From Clostridia bacterium (GTDB lineage Bacteria; Bacillota; Clostridia; Oscillospirales; SIG627): a DNA stretch of 64,000 nucleotides. The translations under genes and the position numbers were made by a program. The stretch covers positions 6,294-70,293 of the forward strand of contig JAFWBD010000059.1 of NCBI GenBank assembly GCA_017507325.1. The letters run 5' to 3'. How positions within the stretch are numbered: the stretch's first letter is position 1; each line of letters starts with the position of its first letter. This document shows positions 28,406-38,470 of the stretch, in pieces. The notes under the pieces were generated by a model that saw only the letters and a program-made list of their open reading frames with translations, did no database searches and was not told where the DNA came from.

Positions 28406-28692
28406 ATGCCAAGCAAGGGATCGTCTTTCAAAAACGGAAGCAGCTTTTTTGCTTTGTCTTCTTCCTCTTGTTTTTGATAGATGCGAAGAATAAAATAGAG
28501 CAGTAAATTTTGGATTTGAGGGATTTTGGCAATTTTGTGGTAGCGCCTCAGATCCTCCAAAAAGCGACGGCTGTTCCAAAAGCGTTTAAAATCCCGAGAA
28601 AGCCTTCTTTGAAGCAGAAGCAAGGCACCAAAGTACAAAAACAAAAGGAAAAACAGGATGGTTAGAATAAAGAAAAAGTAATAAAGAGTCAT
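28384..28692 (-). CDS. Small membrane-anchored hypothetical protein
   Basis: GGAGG RBS; N-terminal TM; 102 aa. Confidence 0.6.
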   Translation of the reverse strand: MTLYYFFFILTILFFLLFLYFGALLLLQRRLSRDFKRFWNSRRFLEDLRRYHKIAKIPQIQNLLLYFILRIYQKQEEEDKAKKLLPFLKDDPLLGIKKDSLP

Positions 28693-28740
28693 AGCTCCTC
28701 CCGTGCCTACGATTTCATTTTGCCGACGACATAGGCAAAT

Positions 28741-30042
28741 TCAAGATCCATAGAAATCCTGCAAATCCCCCGCAAGATTTCGCGTGTTGGCCAAAATGGC
28801 GGCATAGCCGTATTGAATGCTTCCCCCAAAGCCGCGATAGGAGCGGGCAAGGGTGATCTGATCGGTAATTTCCTTCGAACCGAGGGCAAAGCCCTCCACC
28901 TTATAGGCGGCGTGGGATACGAAAAGCTTGACGCCTGTCCCATCTACCCGATCGCTCCACCAGCGCACAAGAACGTCGAAGGATGCGGCGCTGTATCCCG
29001 TTTCCCAATAGATCTGCGGAGCGATATAATCTACGTATCCACCGCGAATCCAAGCCAATGCATCGCAATATAACGAATGGTAGGCCTCAAGTCCTCTCGT
29101 TGCGCTTCCCTCGGGATCGGAGGAGGCATTCTTCCAGATCCCGAAGGGGCTGACCCCGAAGCTAAGCCGTTGGGAAACGGATTTTACGGTATCATAGCTT
29201 TGCTTTACCATTCGGTTTACGTTTTCCCTGCGCCAATCCTCGCGGCTCATTCCTTGGGGAGCGAGATCCGAGAAGGCTTTATCGTCCCCAAAGCTCTCTC
29301 CGCTGACGGGATAAGGATAAAAATAGTCGTCATACAAAATTCCCTTAACCCCATAGCCTTCGCATATCTCCCGAAGACCTGCGGCGATCAAATCCGATAC
29401 GGATGGCAAAGCGGGATTATAATAGAGCCTGCCGCCGTAGAAAACGGTCCAATCGGGATGTTGCTTTGCGGGATTTTTCTCCGAAAGGGAGGCGAGTGCG
29501 GCCTCCTTGGAGGGAAAGGATGAGGAGGTTATGCGATAGGGATTGACCCAAGCCACCACGTCGATCCCCAAAAAAGTCGCCTTTTCCACCAAATACGCCA
29601 AGGGATCAAGCGGCAAGGCCCCACCCTCGGCGGCGGCAAGATAGCGGGAAACGGGGAAAATCCTTGAGGCATACAGTGCATCGCCCGTTGGGCGAACTTG
29701 AAAGTACAGGGTATTGAAGCCGATGCGATGGCAATGATCCAGGATCGCATCCAATTCCGCTTGGAGCTGATCCGAGGAAAGCCCCGACCTTGTGGGAAAA
29801 TTAATGTTATGAACCGAGGCAATATAGACACCGCGCACCTCCCGATCAAAGACGGGAGAAGGGCTTTCGGAAGAAATCGGAGCCTCGGTTGCACCCTGGC
29901 CGCTCTTGAGAACCGAATCGCGGGAGGACAACCACAAGAGCCCGGCAAAAGCCGAGGTGCACAGGATGACAAGGATCAGAAAATAGAGGGCAAGGGAACG
30001 AAGTGCCGCGATCCATCCCTTGTACCGACGGTGCTTTCTCAA
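28741..30042 (-). CDS. Glycosyl hydrolase-like 10 (YngK/YddW-like) membrane-anchored protein
   Basis: EVRGVYIAS, FQVRPTGDALY, AWVNPYR, YDDYFYPY, GVSPFGIW, VDYIAPQIYW. Confidence 0.9.
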   Translation of the reverse strand: MRKHRRYKGWIAALRSLALYFLILVILCTSAFAGLLWLSSRDSVLKSGQGATEAPISSESPSPVFDREVRGVYIASVHNINFPTRSGLSSDQLQAELDAILDHCHRIGFNTLYFQVRPTGDALYASRIFPVSRYLAAAEGGALPLDPLAYLVEKATFLGIDVVAWVNPYRITSSSFPSKEAALASLSEKNPAKQHPDWTVFYGGRLYYNPALPSVSDLIAAGLREICEGYGVKGILYDDYFYPYPVSGESFGDDKAFSDLAPQGMSREDWRRENVNRMVKQSYDTVKSVSQRLSFGVSPFGIWKNASSDPEGSATRGLEAYHSLYCDALAWIRGGYVDYIAPQIYWETGYSAASFDVLVRWWSDRVDGTGVKLFVSHAAYKVEGFALGSKEITDQITLARSYRGFGGSIQYGYAAILANTRNLAGDLQDFYGS

Positions 30043-30152
30043 TAAAACTCCCTCCTCTTTTCTTCAGTATATCAAAAAAATCAATACATTTCAAGGGTTC
30101 AAATTCCCGACTGTAAAATTTTATTCTTCGGAAAAAAATAAGATTCCGGTTC

Positions 30153-30181
30153 TTGACGGAAAGTAGATTTCATAATATAAT
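30153..30181 (+). promoter_or_regulatory. SigA promoter of cysK
   Basis: TTGACG-17 bp-TATAAT. Confidence 0.8.
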
Positions 30182-30211
30182 AGTATCAGACAAATTCAGA
30201 AAGGTTTTACC

Positions 30212-31141
30212 ATGATACAACAAAGTGTTGCAGATTGCATCGGAAAGACACCTCTTTTGCGTCTTCGGAGAGTAGAAGCGGAAATTTCCGCCCACGGAAT
30301 CCTTTTGGTCAAGGCGGAATGCATGAATCCCGCCGGGAGTGCCAAGGACCGCGTTGCACTGCAAATGATTCGGGATGCCGAAAGCAAAGGACTGATCTCT
30401 CCCGGTGATACCATCATTGAGCCTACCAGCGGGAATACGGGAATTGGTTTGGCTTCCTTGGCCGCCGCTATGGGCTACCGTGTCATTCTGACCATGCCCG
30501 ATTCTATGAGTGTGGAAAGAAGGCTTCTCTTAAAGGCATACGGAGCCGAAATCGTTTTGACAGAAGGAAAAGATGGAATGGCGGGTGCCATTCAAAAGGC
30601 TGAAGAATTACACAGAGCCATTCCCAAGAGCTTTCTCCCCGATCAGTTTTCCAATCCCTCCAACCCCAAGGCACACTATCTCACTACAGGTCCCGAAATT
30701 TGGGCGGATGCGGAAGGAAAGGTGGACGTTTTCATTTCCGCAGTAGGAACCGGCGGTACCATCAGCGGCTGCGGAGCCTTTCTGAAGGAAATGAACCCCA
30801 AAATTCAAATCATTGCGGTGGAACCCCGAGATTCTGCCGTTCTTTCGGGTAAAAAGGCGGGTCCCCACAAGATTCAAGGCATTGGAGCGGGCTTTATTCC
30901 CAAGACCTTAAATACCGATATTTACGATAAAATTTTCACGGTAAGCGAATCGGAGGCCTACGAGGCTTCCCGACTTTTGGCAAAAAAGGAAGGGCTCTTG
31001 ACCGGAATCTCCTCCGGCGCGGCCTTAAGCGTTGGTATGGCCTTAGCCAAAAAGGAAGAGTATCTCGGCAAATCCATTGTGGTGCTTTTGCCCGATTCGG
31101 GTGAGCGTTATTTATCCACCCCTCTTTTCGGGGAAGAATAA
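30212..31141 (+). CDS. cysK: Cysteine synthase A
   Basis: NPAGSAKDR, EPTSGNTG, GTGGT, HKIQGIG, PDSGERYLST. Confidence 0.96.
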   Translation: MIQQSVADCIGKTPLLRLRRVEAEISAHGILLVKAECMNPAGSAKDRVALQMIRDAESKGLISPGDTIIEPTSGNTGIGLASLAAAMGYRVILTMPDSMSVERRLLLKAYGAEIVLTEGKDGMAGAIQKAEELHRAIPKSFLPDQFSNPSNPKAHYLTTGPEIWADAEGKVDVFISAVGTGGTISGCGAFLKEMNPKIQIIAVEPRDSAVLSGKKAGPHKIQGIGAGFIPKTLNTDIYDKIFTVSESEAYEASRLLAKKEGLLTGISSGAALSVGMALAKKEEYLGKSIVVLLPDSGERYLSTPLFGEE

Positions 31142-31178
31142 GTCTCCCGAATGCCGAGGCACCCGAGAGACCATCTCA

Positions 31179-31646
31179 TTAAAGCAGATCCATACTGATC
31201 TTAATTACGCATTTTCTGACGGTAGCAGTCTCCTCACCGACCTTCAGACAAGGACGGTGTGCATCCCAAGGGAAAAAGAGTGCAAAAGAATCGGCGGTGG
31301 CGACAATAAAGTTTTCGTTTTCCACGTTTTCCAGCAATTGATAATCGGCGGAGGCATCCTCCTTTACCACCTTTTCCGTTCCGAGGAAAGGGGCGACGCC
31401 GATGCGCTCGGCTCCCTCGGGCCAATACATCAGATCAATATATTGACGATGCACCTCGGGAAAAGAGCCCTCAAAGTTACGGGGGGTCATATCCATCACG
31501 TTGACGTAAAGCGCCTCCCCCTCAATCAGGTGCTTACCCTTCTCCATTTTGCGAATATCGTGTTGCTTCAGATACTCCAGCGCTCTCTGAACCGCCTTTG
31601 GATAAGTTTGAAGATTATCATTGGAATGCAATTTTGATAAAATCAT
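31179..31646 (-). CDS. YhcH/YjgK/YiaL (DUF386) family protein
   Basis: EVHRQYIDL..GAERI, FFPWDAHRP, KCVIKI. Confidence 0.9.
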   Translation of the reverse strand: MILSKLHSNDNLQTYPKAVQRALEYLKQHDIRKMEKGKHLIEGEALYVNVMDMTPRNFEGSFPEVHRQYIDLMYWPEGAERIGVAPFLGTEKVVKEDASADYQLLENVENENFIVATADSFALFFPWDAHRPCLKVGEETATVRKCVIKISMDLL

Positions 31647-31793
31647 TTTTTACTCCTCTTTTCTCGATCATTCGGGAATTATTCTTGAGTCCATATTATA
31701 CCAAAACGCTTTGGATTGCAACAGTTTTTCAAAACTTTTTGTGCTTTTCCCCATTTAAAACCTCAGTTCTTTTTACCAAAGGAGAGTTTTGCT

Positions 31794-33065
31794 TTGGCTG
31801 ACGAAACAATTTGCTTATTGAACGATTCTTTTCCCCCGCTCATTGATGGGGTTGCCAATACCGTTTGCAATTACGCCCTCCACATTCAAAAGGCGGGCCT
31901 TGAGCCGATCGTCATCACCCCTTCGCATCCGAAGGCGGAGGACTCGGCCTTTCCCTATAAGGTGGTTCGCTACAAGAGCGTTAATTTCTCCAAACGCGAC
32001 GGATATATGGCAGGTGTTCCCTTTTCTCCCGAAGCGGCACGACAGATTTCCGAGAAAAACGTTTCCGTGCTGCACAGTCATTGTCCCATCATGTCTACGG
32101 TGCTTGCCCGTGCCATGCGCCAGATCTCGGGTGCTCCCATCATTCTGACGTATCACACAAAATTCGACGTAGATATTGCCAACGTCATCAAAAATCCGAT
32201 GCTGCAATCCGCTTCCATCAAGGCTCTCGTTTCCAACATTGAAGCCTGCGACGAGGTTTGGACCGTCAGCCGCGGTGCCGGCGAGAACCTGCGCTCCCTC
32301 GGCTATGAAGGTGACTATCTTGTGATGCCGAACGGAGTGGATCTCCCGCACGGTACAATCTCCACTCACAAGATCAATGCAGCCACGGCGGGTCTCGACC
32401 TTCCCGAGGGGGTTCCGGTGTTTCTCTTTGTGGGCCGAATGATGTGGTATAAAGGGATCCGATTGATTCTGGATGCCTTAGCAAAGCTGCACCGCGACCA
32501 CGTGGATTTTCGTTTGATGATGATCGGTGGCGGCGATGAGCTTCCCGAAATTCAAAATTATGCCGAAGAAAGCGGTTTGGGTGCAAAATGCATTTTCACC
32601 GGCCCGATCTTTGACCGCGAGGTTTTGCGTGCCCATTATCAAAGAGCCGATCTGTTTTTGTTTCCCTCCACCTACGATACCAACGGACTTGTGGTGAGAG
32701 AAGCGGCGGCCGGCGATCTTGCCTCGGTTTTGATCCGCTCCTCCTGTGCCTCCGAGGGCGTGACCGACGGAGTCAACGGTTTTTTGGTGGATGAAAATGC
32801 CGACAGCTTGTATCAGACGCTTTCCCGATTGGCCAAAAATCTCGATCTGTGCCGAGAGGTTGGAATCGGTGCGGGAAGGGATCTGTATATTTCCTGGGAG
32901 GACTCCGTGAAAATGGCCATGCAACGCTATGAGGTCGTGGTTGAAAACAACAAGCGCGGTCTCTATCGGCGACAAACGAAATTGGTTGAGGGCTTTCTTA
33001 AGGCCAACGGCGAATTGATGGAGGCTTTGGCCAAAATATCAAAATTCAAAAACAGCTGGCGATAA
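31794..33065 (+). CDS. GT4 family glycosyltransferase
   Basis: GGAG RBS, TTG 31794; NDSFPPLIDGV, TYHTK, FVGR..KG, FLFPSTYDTNGLVVREA. Confidence 0.9.
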   Translation: MADETICLLNDSFPPLIDGVANTVCNYALHIQKAGLEPIVITPSHPKAEDSAFPYKVVRYKSVNFSKRDGYMAGVPFSPEAARQISEKNVSVLHSHCPIMSTVLARAMRQISGAPIILTYHTKFDVDIANVIKNPMLQSASIKALVSNIEACDEVWTVSRGAGENLRSLGYEGDYLVMPNGVDLPHGTISTHKINAATAGLDLPEGVPVFLFVGRMMWYKGIRLILDALAKLHRDHVDFRLMMIGGGDELPEIQNYAEESGLGAKCIFTGPIFDREVLRAHYQRADLFLFPSTYDTNGLVVREAAAGDLASVLIRSSCASEGVTDGVNGFLVDENADSLYQTLSRLAKNLDLCREVGIGAGRDLYISWEDSVKMAMQRYEVVVENNKRGLYRRQTKLVEGFLKANGELMEALAKISKFKNSWR

Positions 33066-33117
33066 AAATTCCCCGTTTTCACAAGACCGAAAGGTCCGGT
33101 GAGAACGGGGTTTTCTT
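33065..33117. terminator. Bidirectional long hairpin terminator
   Basis: CCCCGTTTTCAC..GACC-GAAA-GGTC..GTGAGAACGGGG between convergent genes. Confidence 0.75.
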
Positions 33118-34566
33118 TCAGCGATCGCAGATCAAAAGGGCCAATTTATCCAAGGATTTGGCCGCCATACGGTGAAACAGATCATAATCCTTCACACGAT
33201 GTACGTTCCACGTTCTTTCCGATAAAGCCGCGGCATTCTCCATAGCAGGACAGATCTCTTGATCATAGGTTCCCTCCCACAGCGAGAGCTGCGCTCCCAG
33301 CACGTCATCCCTCGGCTCCAGATGGATGGGGTTTAAATACGCCTCGGACTGATCCCACCAATGATACCAGCTGTGAGGATCCCAATCGTACACTTCTTTT
33401 TGAGACCAGTGCAAATAATTACGAACCACGTAAAGAGGCTTCCAAGAACCGTTGATGATCCGAAAGCCCTCCTTTAAGAGATCTTGCGGCATATGATAAT
33501 GGGTTTCCCAGGCAATCACAACAGTCTCTTTTGGGATACGGCAGGCTCCCTTTTGAGGAAAACCTTCCCACACGATGGGGGTTCGCCCAAGGCTCAGAAC
33601 GTGGGAGGCGACCCGCGATACGTATTCGGAATACAATTCATAGCGATCCGAAATTCCCTTTTCCTTCATATATTCCCGACAGCAAGGGCAATGATCCCAA
33701 ACCTTGATGTACGCTTCATCCCCGCCGATATGAATATAATGAGATTCGGGAAAAAGAGATACCAGCTCGGAAAATAATTTGCAAATGGCATCAAAGCAGA
33801 CTTTGCTTCCCGCACAGATGATATCATCCGTTTGAATCCTTTCACCGGTTTCGCTGAGGATCGCCCCGCTTTCCCCATGATCCTCCAAGGAATTGGCAAA
33901 CACCTCAGGGTAATGTTTGACCAGCTGCCTTGCGTGCCCCGGAATATCAAATTCGGGAATCAATTCCACACCGCGAGCGGCAGCATATTCCCGCATCGTG
34001 GCAATCTCCTCGTAAGAATAAGAATCGTGATGGGCAAGCTTCGGAAATCTTGCCGAGGGGATACGGCAAGCTTGATTGTCGATCAAATGCAAATGCACGT
34101 AAGACAGTTTCAAGAAAAAAGCCAAATCGATCATATGCAGAACCTTATCCAAGGGATGCCACTTTCTGGCAAGATCCAGCATCAGCGTGCGGAAGGGCTT
34201 ATCCGCATAATCCTCGATCACAGCCCGCTCACAGCGAAGGCCGTTCTCGTCTCTCTCCAGCATCATCAGAGCGGTGGCAATCCCGTGAGCCATCCCCCCA
34301 TCGGTAGAGGCGGAAACCACAAGAGAATCCTCTGCTGTGATGCGATAGGAATCCTTTTTCAGATCGGGATCATAGGAAAGGACGATCCCCTCCCGATCGT
34401 TCGGAAGGGCGCAAGGATCCAAATCAAAAATTTTGGCCGCAGACTCCGCAAGCGTATTGACAAATTTTTTCCAAGGCTCATACCCTGTTGTAACCGAAAA
34501 CGGAACGAAACAGCTCCCTTCCTTCATTTGGATCTCCTTCGGCGTGGGAATGATATGTCTGATCAT
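33118..34566 (-). CDS. GH20 beta-N-acetylhexosaminidase, no signal peptide
   Basis: IIPTPK, MLDLAR, HLHLID, PEFDIPGH, HIGGDEA, VLGAQLSLWE; AGGAGG RBS. Confidence 0.9.
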   Translation of the reverse strand: MIRHIIPTPKEIQMKEGSCFVPFSVTTGYEPWKKFVNTLAESAAKIFDLDPCALPNDREGIVLSYDPDLKKDSYRITAEDSLVVSASTDGGMAHGIATALMMLERDENGLRCERAVIEDYADKPFRTLMLDLARKWHPLDKVLHMIDLAFFLKLSYVHLHLIDNQACRIPSARFPKLAHHDSYSYEEIATMREYAAARGVELIPEFDIPGHARQLVKHYPEVFANSLEDHGESGAILSETGERIQTDDIICAGSKVCFDAICKLFSELVSLFPESHYIHIGGDEAYIKVWDHCPCCREYMKEKGISDRYELYSEYVSRVASHVLSLGRTPIVWEGFPQKGACRIPKETVVIAWETHYHMPQDLLKEGFRIINGSWKPLYVVRNYLHWSQKEVYDWDPHSWYHWWDQSEAYLNPIHLEPRDDVLGAQLSLWEGTYDQEICPAMENAAALSERTWNVHRVKDYDLFHRMAAKSLDKLALLICDR

Positions 34567-34617
34567 CTGATATAACCTCCTGAACTTGTAAGCACACTGC
34601 TCATTTTTGTATGCTGC

Positions 34618-34647
34618 AAAGAACCCCAACCGCTTCAGTTGGGGTTC
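34618..34647 (-). terminator. Terminator after rubredoxin
   Basis: GAACCCCAAC/GTTGGGGTTC stem, TTT on the minus strand. Confidence 0.7.
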
Positions 34648-34666
34648 CTCGGCTTTGCGTATCTTT

Positions 34667-34825
34667 TTATTCTTCGGGAGCGAACTGATCCTTCCCTACC
34701 GCGCAAATGGGGCAAACCCACTCTTCGGGAAGCTCCGACCATTCGGTGCCGGCTTCAATGCCGTTATCGGGATCGCCGATTTCCTCATCATAAACGTAAC
34801 CGCAAACTTCACATACGTATTTCAT
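34667..34825 (-). CDS. rd: Rubredoxin (52 aa; absent from the ORF track)
   Basis: [52 protein letters not shown]; AAGGAG RBS. Confidence 0.97.
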   Translation of the reverse strand: MKYVCEVCGYVYDEEIGDPDNGIEAGTEWSELPEEWVCPICAVGKDQFAPEE

Positions 34826-34852
34826 TGTGTTTTTCTCCTTCAAAAATTGAAT

Positions 34853-35995
34853 TTATAAAAGCTCCTTTGCCAATTGCAAAACAGCCTTTTGACTATTTTC
34901 ATCAAGCGAAGCGTGGATCGTAACCACAGTTTCGGTAAAGGAGAGGTTTTTGCACCCCTCCAGCAAGGCCCGCATACGCTTGGCCGCAACGGGCGCCCAG
35001 CTTCCGTTCTCCATCAGAGCAACGGTCCTCCCCTGAAAACCGCGCTCGGTGAGAGCATGAATAAAATGGCTCATAAAGGGGAAAACGTCGCCGTTATACG
35101 TTGTGGTGGCCAAAACGATTCGATCGTAGCGGAAGGCATCCGCCACAGCCTTTGCCAAATCGGATCGGGCAAGATCATAAAGAGTAACGCTTTCGCAACC
35201 AAGCCTTTTCAGCTCCGCCTCCAAGGCCAAAGACGCTTCCTCGGTGTGGCCGTAAACCGAGGTATAGAAGATCGCAACGCCCTTTTCCTCCGGCGAGTAC
35301 GAGGACCAAATTTGATACAAATTCAAATAGTAGGAAAGATCCTCCTTTAAAACGGGGCCGTGCAAGGGGCAAATCTCACGGATTTCAAGGGCAGAAAGCT
35401 TTTTCAAAATGCTCTGTACCTGAACGCCGTATTTACCCACGATTCCGATATAATAACGGCGCGCCTCATCGATCCAAGGCTCATTCTCATCCAAGGCGCC
35501 GAATTTACCGAAGGCATCTGCAGAAAACAGAATTCCCTCCGATTCCTCATAGCTCATCATCACCTCGGGCCAATGAACCATCGGAGCGGAATAGAAGACC
35601 AATTTCCGACTTCCCAGTGTTAAGCTGTCCTTCTCCTTAACGACCAAGCGACGAGAGGCAAAATCCTCCCCGAAATACTTTTTCATCATTCCAAAGGCCT
35701 GAGCGGTGGCTACCAAAGTGGCCTCGGGGTATTCCTTGGCAAAAAGCATAATTCCCGCAGAATGATCCGGCTCCATATGCTGAACCACCAGGTAATCGGG
35801 CTTTCTTCCGCCAAGTGCCTTTTTAAGATTCGAAAGCCAAACGGAAGTAAAGTGCGCATCCACCGTATCCATAACGGCAATTTTTTCATCCGAAATTACG
35901 TATGAATTATAGGACATCCCCTTGGGGACCGCATACTGCCCTTCAAACAGATCCAAATGATGATCGTTCACACCAATATACAAAACATCGTTCAT
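34853..35995 (-). CDS. fprA: Flavodiiron protein (FprA)
   Basis: FEGQY, SYNSY, HMEPDHS, PMVHWPE, SADAFG, PLHG, flavodoxin domain YTSVYGHTE. Confidence 0.95.
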   Translation of the reverse strand: MNDVLYIGVNDHHLDLFEGQYAVPKGMSYNSYVISDEKIAVMDTVDAHFTSVWLSNLKKALGGRKPDYLVVQHMEPDHSAGIMLFAKEYPEATLVATAQAFGMMKKYFGEDFASRRLVVKEKDSLTLGSRKLVFYSAPMVHWPEVMMSYEESEGILFSADAFGKFGALDENEPWIDEARRYYIGIVGKYGVQVQSILKKLSALEIREICPLHGPVLKEDLSYYLNLYQIWSSYSPEEKGVAIFYTSVYGHTEEASLALEAELKRLGCESVTLYDLARSDLAKAVADAFRYDRIVLATTTYNGDVFPFMSHFIHALTERGFQGRTVALMENGSWAPVAAKRMRALLEGCKNLSFTETVVTIHASLDENSQKAVLQLAKELL

Positions 35996-36005
35996 TGACA
36001 GCTCC

Positions 36006-36764
36006 TTATCCCAAAAAATAGTCAAAAACAAGCATTAAAGAAAACCCGCACAGCAAGGAATACGTTGCGCCTCGCTGACTGCCGTGAGAATGGGTTTCGG
36101 GGATCATTTCATCACTGATCACATACAGCATGGTTCCGCCCGCAAAGGCCAGTGCAAAGGGCAGGATCGCATTGGACAGAGAAACCGCAAGGTAGCCGAT
36201 CAAGGTACCCGCAACCTCAACAATGCCCGTGAAAAGAGCCACCAAAACGGTTTTGGAATAACTGATGCCCGCGCCAAGCATCGGCGCAATGATAACCATC
36301 CCCTCCGGGATATTTTGCAGGGCAATTCCCCCGGCGATCACCAGCGCCTCAGAGGTATTCTCCGTACCGAAGCTGACCCCCGCGGCAATCCCCTCCGGAA
36401 GGTTGTGGATGGCAATGGCAATGACAAAGAGTAGCACCTTGTTCAATTTTTCCTGTCCGTTGGGATGCGTTTCAAAATCCACCCCTGCAATCTTATGCAG
36501 ATGGGGAACAGCCCGATCCATCAGATTCACACAAAGAGCGCCGCAGAAAATACCCGCCAGCGTAACGGGAAGGGCAAAGCGGCCGCCCGATTCCAAGGAA
36601 GGCAGAATCAATCCAAAGGCCGCAGCCGCCAGCATCACCCCTGCCGCAAAGGACAGCATAACGTCATGAAAGCGATGATCGGCCTTACGAAACCAAAAAC
36701 CCAGAAATGCCCCGATCACAGAGGCTCCGCCCACACCGAGGGCAACCGGTAATACGATTCCCAT
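36006..36764 (-). CDS. ZIP family metal transporter (ZupT/GufA-like)
   Basis: FAAGVML, AIAIHNLPEG, IALQNIPEG, DEMIPE. Confidence 0.93.
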   Translation of the reverse strand: MGIVLPVALGVGGASVIGAFLGFWFRKADHRFHDVMLSFAAGVMLAAAAFGLILPSLESGGRFALPVTLAGIFCGALCVNLMDRAVPHLHKIAGVDFETHPNGQEKLNKVLLFVIAIAIHNLPEGIAAGVSFGTENTSEALVIAGGIALQNIPEGMVIIAPMLGAGISYSKTVLVALFTGIVEVAGTLIGYLAVSLSNAILPFALAFAGGTMLYVISDEMIPETHSHGSQRGATYSLLCGFSLMLVFDYFLG

Positions 36765-36857
36765 TGATTTCCTTTCCAAAGAGTCTGTGCTCTTTTTTCT
36801 TTTTGCACCACTATTTTCCCACAAAGATAGGATTCTGTCAAGAGATTTCGGAAAAAA

Positions 36858-36880
36858 TTATTGATAAAAATTATCAATAA
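36858..36880. promoter_or_regulatory. Fur-family operator (Fur box-like)
   Basis: Perfect inverted repeat TTATTGATAA-AAA-TTATCAATAA; core TGATAAAAATTATCA is one mismatch from TGATAATnATTATCA; just upstream of the minus-strand TTGACA at 36836-36841. Confidence 0.75.
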
Positions 36881-36886
36881 GGAATC

Positions 36887-37525
36887 TCAAAGCAAATCCA
36901 ATAGCTGTGAAAATTCCTCGACATAATAATGGCACGATCTCTTCATTTCGGAGGCAGCATCGGCAGAGCTTTCGTCGAAAATACCGCAGACGCGCATTCC
37001 CGCACCCTTGGCGCAAAGGTCCGCGTGGATGTTGTCATCCACAAAAAGGATCTGCTCGATGGGAAGGCCGATCCGCTCGGCTACCGAGTGATAAATGCTC
37101 GGATCGGATTTGGTGGTTCCGAAATCATCGCAGGACCAAACGTTTCCGAAGAAATCATACAGCCCCAGCCGCTTCAAGCAGGGATCCAGAGTAATATGGG
37201 GGCTCGCCGTTAAAACGTGGAGCCCGTAGCCGCGCTCGGAGAGCTTCCTCAAGGTTTCCGCAACGCCCGCTTTGGAGGGGATCCTTTCGCTGTAGGCCAA
37301 AATCATTCCCTCGCCCATCATCATCAGAATTTCTTCCGTGGATTTGTTCACTCCGATTTTTTTGAAATATTCCGCCGTTCCCATGGTTCCCAAGGGCGTG
37401 ATGGTTTTGATGATATCATCCGCATATGAAACGCCGCAACGGTCTAAAATTCCCAGCATGGTTTCCGCATAGATGGGCATGGAATCCACGAGGGTGCCGT
37501 CAAAATCGAATAAAACCGCTTTCAT
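36887..37525 (-). CDS. HAD family phosphatase
   Basis: FDFDGTLVDS, LTAS, KSDPSIY, FVDD. Confidence 0.92.
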   Translation of the reverse strand: MKAVLFDFDGTLVDSMPIYAETMLGILDRCGVSYADDIIKTITPLGTMGTAEYFKKIGVNKSTEEILMMMGEGMILAYSERIPSKAGVAETLRKLSERGYGLHVLTASPHITLDPCLKRLGLYDFFGNVWSCDDFGTTKSDPSIYHSVAERIGLPIEQILFVDDNIHADLCAKGAGMRVCGIFDESSADAASEMKRSCHYYVEEFSQLLDLL

Positions 37526-38436
37526 ACGTGATCGCTCCCCTCCTCAAGACACAAATCCTTCTCTGAAATCCCGAACAGCGCCATCGCATTGCGGAAAAAG
37601 ATTCTTTCCCACAGCTCCTCGGAAATCTCATCCTCCTCCAGAAGCTGATCCAAAAAGGCAATCAATTGAAACGGAAAGGTGACGGTAGGACTTGTGATAT
37701 CACATCCGAACAGAATTCGATCGGAAAACTCGTTTAGGAATTTTACCGTATATTCCCGATCCCGCATCATAGCGTTGGAACCGCTTCCGGCGGAAAGATC
37801 ACAGTACAGATTGGGATTTTGGCGCATTATTTCTGCAAGCCGCCCCTCCGTAACCTTCTCCTTTATGCGCCTTTTTCGATCCTCGGGGCTTTCCAAAACG
37901 GAGATCTCGCTCCAGAACGGAACGGCGTGGCCAACAAATCTTGCCCTCGGGTGACGCTGAAGCATACGCTCCATTTGGGGCAGGCCCGCATCATCCACAA
38001 CACCGTATGCATCCTCAAAATCTGCGGCAAGATGGAACAGCATGGGCAAGTCCAATTCCTCACAGCAGGAAAAGAGCATTTCCACCTGCGGGGAATCAAA
38101 TCTGAATTTGGAAGTGATCTCCCCCACCCCCTTGGCACCCGCCTTCTTTTCGCTCTCCAAAAAGCCCATCATTTTCTCTCGCGACCAATTCTCCTCCAGA
38201 TCCAAGGTCGTAAACCAAAAGAAGCGATCGGGGTATCGCTCGGAAAGTGCTCTCGCATTTTCAGCGGTTAACACCCCCGGCTTTGACTTCAAGGAAATAA
38301 AGGGCAATAGGATCCCCCGCCGAATCCCCGCTTTTTCATACATCAGAAGAAGCTCCTCGGGCGTGGGCATCTTAGAAGGTGCCGCATCATCGGGCCTCAA
38401 ATGAGCGTGTATATCAATACGAAATTGTGTTACCAT
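37522..38436 (-). CDS. Amidohydrolase family protein (Amidohydro_2-like)
   Basis: IDIHAH, KGVGE, LFH, FVGH, CDLSAGSG, LFGCD, NA..LF. Confidence 0.88.
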   Translation of the reverse strand: MVTQFRIDIHAHLRPDDAAPSKMPTPEELLLMYEKAGIRRGILLPFISLKSKPGVLTAENARALSERYPDRFFWFTTLDLEENWSREKMMGFLESEKKAGAKGVGEITSKFRFDSPQVEMLFSCCEELDLPMLFHLAADFEDAYGVVDDAGLPQMERMLQRHPRARFVGHAVPFWSEISVLESPEDRKRRIKEKVTEGRLAEIMRQNPNLYCDLSAGSGSNAMMRDREYTVKFLNEFSDRILFGCDITSPTVTFPFQLIAFLDQLLEEDEISEELWERIFFRNAMALFGISEKDLCLEEGSDHV

Positions 38437-38470
38437 AAATATCTCCGAAATCCATTTGACAAAGCAGGAA

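Noticed and set aside
28707-28760. Possible frameshift at the GHL10 C-terminus (alternative frame ..MDLEFAYVVGKMKS)
   Set aside because: The barrel appears complete before the stop; nothing supports the alternative tail
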